A stretch of DNA of 64,000 nucleotides, taken from NCBI GenBank assembly GCA_051294905.1, contig CM119372.1, positions 1,612,001 to 1,676,000 on the forward strand, read 5' to 3'. The position numbers and the translations under genes were made by a program. The notes below the pieces were generated by a model. That model saw nothing but the letters and a program-made list of their open reading frames with translations, did no database searches and was not told where the DNA came from. Below are positions 62,701 to 64,000 of the stretch, piece after piece (position 1 is the stretch's first letter; each line of letters starts with the position of its first letter). The stretch comes from Botryllus schlosseri. Lineage: Eukaryota.

Positions 62701-63323
62701 AACGTTAATTTATCAACGAGAATTATAATTTCGATACTAATTATCACTGTTGAAGCCTTGAAACTTTGATTGGTCGTATCGTAGCATACGAAACATATAG
62801 TACAAAGCTAAGAGCGTTACTGAAAATAACACATTTCCGAAGTCATGATCATCCCACAACATTGTCACCAAGTGCAATGAAATCGGTATGGTCAAAAAAT
62901 ATCTTTAATGTAATGGATAACAGACATTATGTTTCTGTGGTTGCATAAAAGGTACATATTTGAACTTTGACATATCACATTCTGTTATGACGTCACAGCG
63001 AGTGATACTCGATTATTACTCGACTCGACTCGAAGCATATTACGTGATTCAGAATCGAATCACTCAGGTACTCGATTTGCCCAGCCCTAGTTGATGGCAC
63101 ATGGAGGCCACAATAAATGTACAGCGAGAAACAAACATTAGCTAGGAATTAAGAATCTGCGTCAGCTCTTGACACCTTTCCGGGAATTGAGTCCTATTTG
63201 CAGCAGCAAATATAGCCCGTTGTCGAAAATCCATCACAGATGTAAGAGTGATGTTAAATCCTCACCTGCAAAGGACGATTTCACGAGACATACCACAACA
63301 ATAGCTGAAATTATCTTCTTCAT
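44797..63323 (-). CDS. Secreted protein: two C-type lectin domains plus an Ig (I-set-like) domain, ~335 aa
   Basis: Exons (-): 63323-63266 (signal peptide MKKIISAIVVVCLVKSSFA), 59959-59794, 59015-58926 (IWIGMGD...WLDGS), 57382-57267 (QPDDARGQEDCV...WNDDTCGDHFGYVCQ), 56676-56523 (TYSQARQMCEQTGYRLA), 49450-49332 (YWVED...FCY...KCDQRLSYVCE), 48289-48017 (IDCSASGSPAPDVTWF...DYGVYECHGTN), 44828-44797 (GPSEDEENRE*). All phases compatible. The terminal exon is less certain than the rest. Confidence 0.85.
45236..46429. mobile_element. Composite non-autonomous hAT-type element (family A) with captured host fragment
   Basis: Termini TAGGGATGGTGTGA...TCACACCATTCCTA; TSD ttgaatac/ttgaatat. An internal duplicate of the right end finishes at 46153. 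Confidence 0.8.
46217..46333 (-). pseudogene. Orphan exon fragment of an MFSD4-like paralog carried inside a transposon
   Basis: Encodes EVTNMTGKYVFVYTTGAAIGASVLVPLAGFLYHENPFSA followed by GTGAGT. It aligns without gaps to exon 15907-16040 (QVTNMAGTYIFVFAVGGTLGAFSMMPAGGALFEQNPFSV then GTAAGA), 18/39 identical, with the same phase-0 donor position. Confidence 0.85.
46503..47858. mobile_element. Non-autonomous hAT element with possible decayed transposase C-terminal remnants
   Basis: CAGGCCGTGTTATTTTTGGCAT...ATGCCAAAAATAACACGGCCTG; TSD gatattac/gatataac. Minus-strand FPELS...S..FS resembles the hAT dimerisation region. Confidence 0.75.
48924..49089. repeat. Short imperfect palindrome (foldback/MITE-like)
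   Basis: ATGAGTCAAATACACCAAT...GGAGATATATCC pairs with GGATATATCTCC...ATTGGTGTATTTGACTCAT. Confidence 0.7.
50078..52035. mobile_element. hAT-type element (CTCCGGCTCC repeats) with a nested MITE at ~51294-51629
   Basis: TSD gttattat on both sides; inner element CAGTGTTTCTCAAA...TTTGAGAAGCACTG. Confidence 0.6.
52694..55000 (-). mobile_element. Decayed DNA transposon (hATm-like) with transposase pseudogene
   Basis: About 150-bp imperfect inverted repeats (52710-52840 vs 54870-55000); starts TAGGGTG. Minus-strand remnants TRDHYRVLDLAFICL...AMHQDLWVAK, KIVGQLWLPSSGLIGVALFD and LIVSNDHTER resemble the RDDYRELLEL, MHHARWMAK, HLWYLSEELV.LAFFD and VVND.AER transposase motifs. Many stops and frameshifts. 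Subfamily name is from memory. Confidence 0.65.
55166..56238. mobile_element. hAT (Charlie-like) MITE
   Basis: TIR CAGTGGTTCCCAACC...GGTTGGGAACCACTG; perfect 8-bp TSD tgttaatg. Confidence 0.9.
55757..56113 (+). mobile_element. tRNA-derived SINE (second family), with a duplicated 20-nt A-box region
   Basis: A box GATAGCGTAATGG (tandemly duplicated, 55760-55799) and B box GGTTCGATCCCC, followed by GGTCAGACCAAAGAC body. The 3' boundary is approximate. Confidence 0.7.
57958..58800. repeat. Minisatellite with a 114-bp higher-order repeat
   Basis: 42-bp and 30-bp units built from CTACTCACTTTTC and (ACTAGA)n. The 30-bp unit marker CAGAAT recurs at 58071, 58185, 58299, 58413, 58569 and 58683. Confidence 0.95.
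59334..59780. mobile_element. hAT-type foldback MITE with long TIRs
   Basis: TAGGGCTGTTTAAAAATAA...TTATTTTTGAACAGCCCTA with about 130-bp inverted arms; perfect TSD atgtgtat. Confidence 0.9.
60121..60564. mobile_element. hAT-type MITE family D
   Basis: TAGTGCGGAGC...GCTCCGCACTA; perfect TSD caatatac. Confidence 0.9.
62060..62480. mobile_element. hAT-type MITE inside the LTR
   Basis: CAGAGATGAGC...GCTCATCTCTG; perfect TSD ctgtaaag; AATCC repeats. Confidence 0.9.
62582..63089. mobile_element. hAT-type MITE inside the LTR
   Basis: TAGGGCTGGGCA...TGCCCAGCCCTA; perfect TSD gttgatgg. Confidence 0.9.
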
Positions 63324-63929
63324 TTTGAGGTTGCTCCGATAAGCGCCGTATCCCGACTTTGAAGGCTACAACTGCAAAGGGTGCCTGTATCAAAAGACGC
63401 AAGCCGAATGACTTGCATTAATTGGTTACAACAAATAAAGATGATCCGTAACGAAGCTGTGGTAAAACAGCAGGTGTGATGCCATGGATGATATGATAAC
63501 CTTGATACTATATTAATGGCAGTAATGCAATGAAAGATATGTTTGAGTCATACGAGATGCTTTTCCGTGTGGTAAGTATGTCACGCTTGATGACCATTTC
63601 AAGTAAGTTCACATCGATAGTGGCCCAAGTGCTGTAAACATGTCTGAATAAGGAATTTACAACTAATTCTGTAAATGTATCAGTGGTACACGATTCGATC
63701 GGAAACGGCATAGGCGAGGTAAGAATCGTGGTAAGATGTTCTCCTATCGGAGTTGAAATTGGTCTGAGTCAGTGTAAGTAAATGCGTTGGCTACCACGGA
63801 ATATATTCGATTTCATTCAAATTCTTAGAAAGTACGCATGTCTCGAAGACGTACAGTATCGAGAGTGATGCGATGACTAATATCAGCCATCAGGAAGGCG
63901 AATCGTTGTACGAGTACACGATTATGACA

Positions 63930-64000
63930 TGTGACGAGATAGCGCAGTGGTCTAATCCGCGGCTGCAACACCAATGGTTGCGGGTTCGAGTCCAACCAAG
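63930..64000 (+). mobile_element. tRNA-derived SINE head, cut by the window end
   Basis: Near-identical to 7622-7692. Confidence 0.8.

Larger units (their letters stand above)
61575..63133 (+). mobile_element. Internally deleted Gypsy LTR retrotransposon
   Basis: TG...CA termini and 5-bp TSD aacat. A 5' LTR stub (61575-61606) is repeated at 62013. The frameshifted pol C-terminus reads LSPGQHVRF...W.EAVV/RSYIV...YRCNRKFIR...RTVIRPAYLQDY. Polypurine tract GAGAGGGGGA precedes the 3' LTR. Confidence 0.85.

Overview
This is intron-rich, transposon-dense eukaryotic DNA, most likely from an ascidian (tunicate); that assignment is inferred from gene content. Most ORF-track entries are noise. Joining exons by hand at GT/AG sites with consistent phase gives four protein-coding genes. 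(1) An MFSD4/NaGLT1-like MFS transporter on +, 10 exons, with its 5' end outside the window. (2) A secreted protein of about 1169 aa on +, 18 exons, with five trefoil (P-type) domains and a long Met/Leu/Ser/Pro-rich repeat region. (3) A two-exon secreted serpin on -. (4) A secreted protein of about 335 aa on -, with two C-type lectin domains and an Ig domain. Introns hold nested hAT-type MITEs with 8-bp target-site duplications (TSDs), tRNA-derived SINEs, decayed DNA transposons, an internally deleted Gypsy element, a higher-order minisatellite and an antisense 7TM-like pseudogene. The most notable observation is a non-autonomous hAT-type element in a lectin intron that has captured a transmembrane-encoding exon of an MFSD4 paralog. 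The exon is in sense orientation and could join in frame to give a membrane-anchored lectin-Ig isoform. All exon models are hand-derived and lack transcript support.
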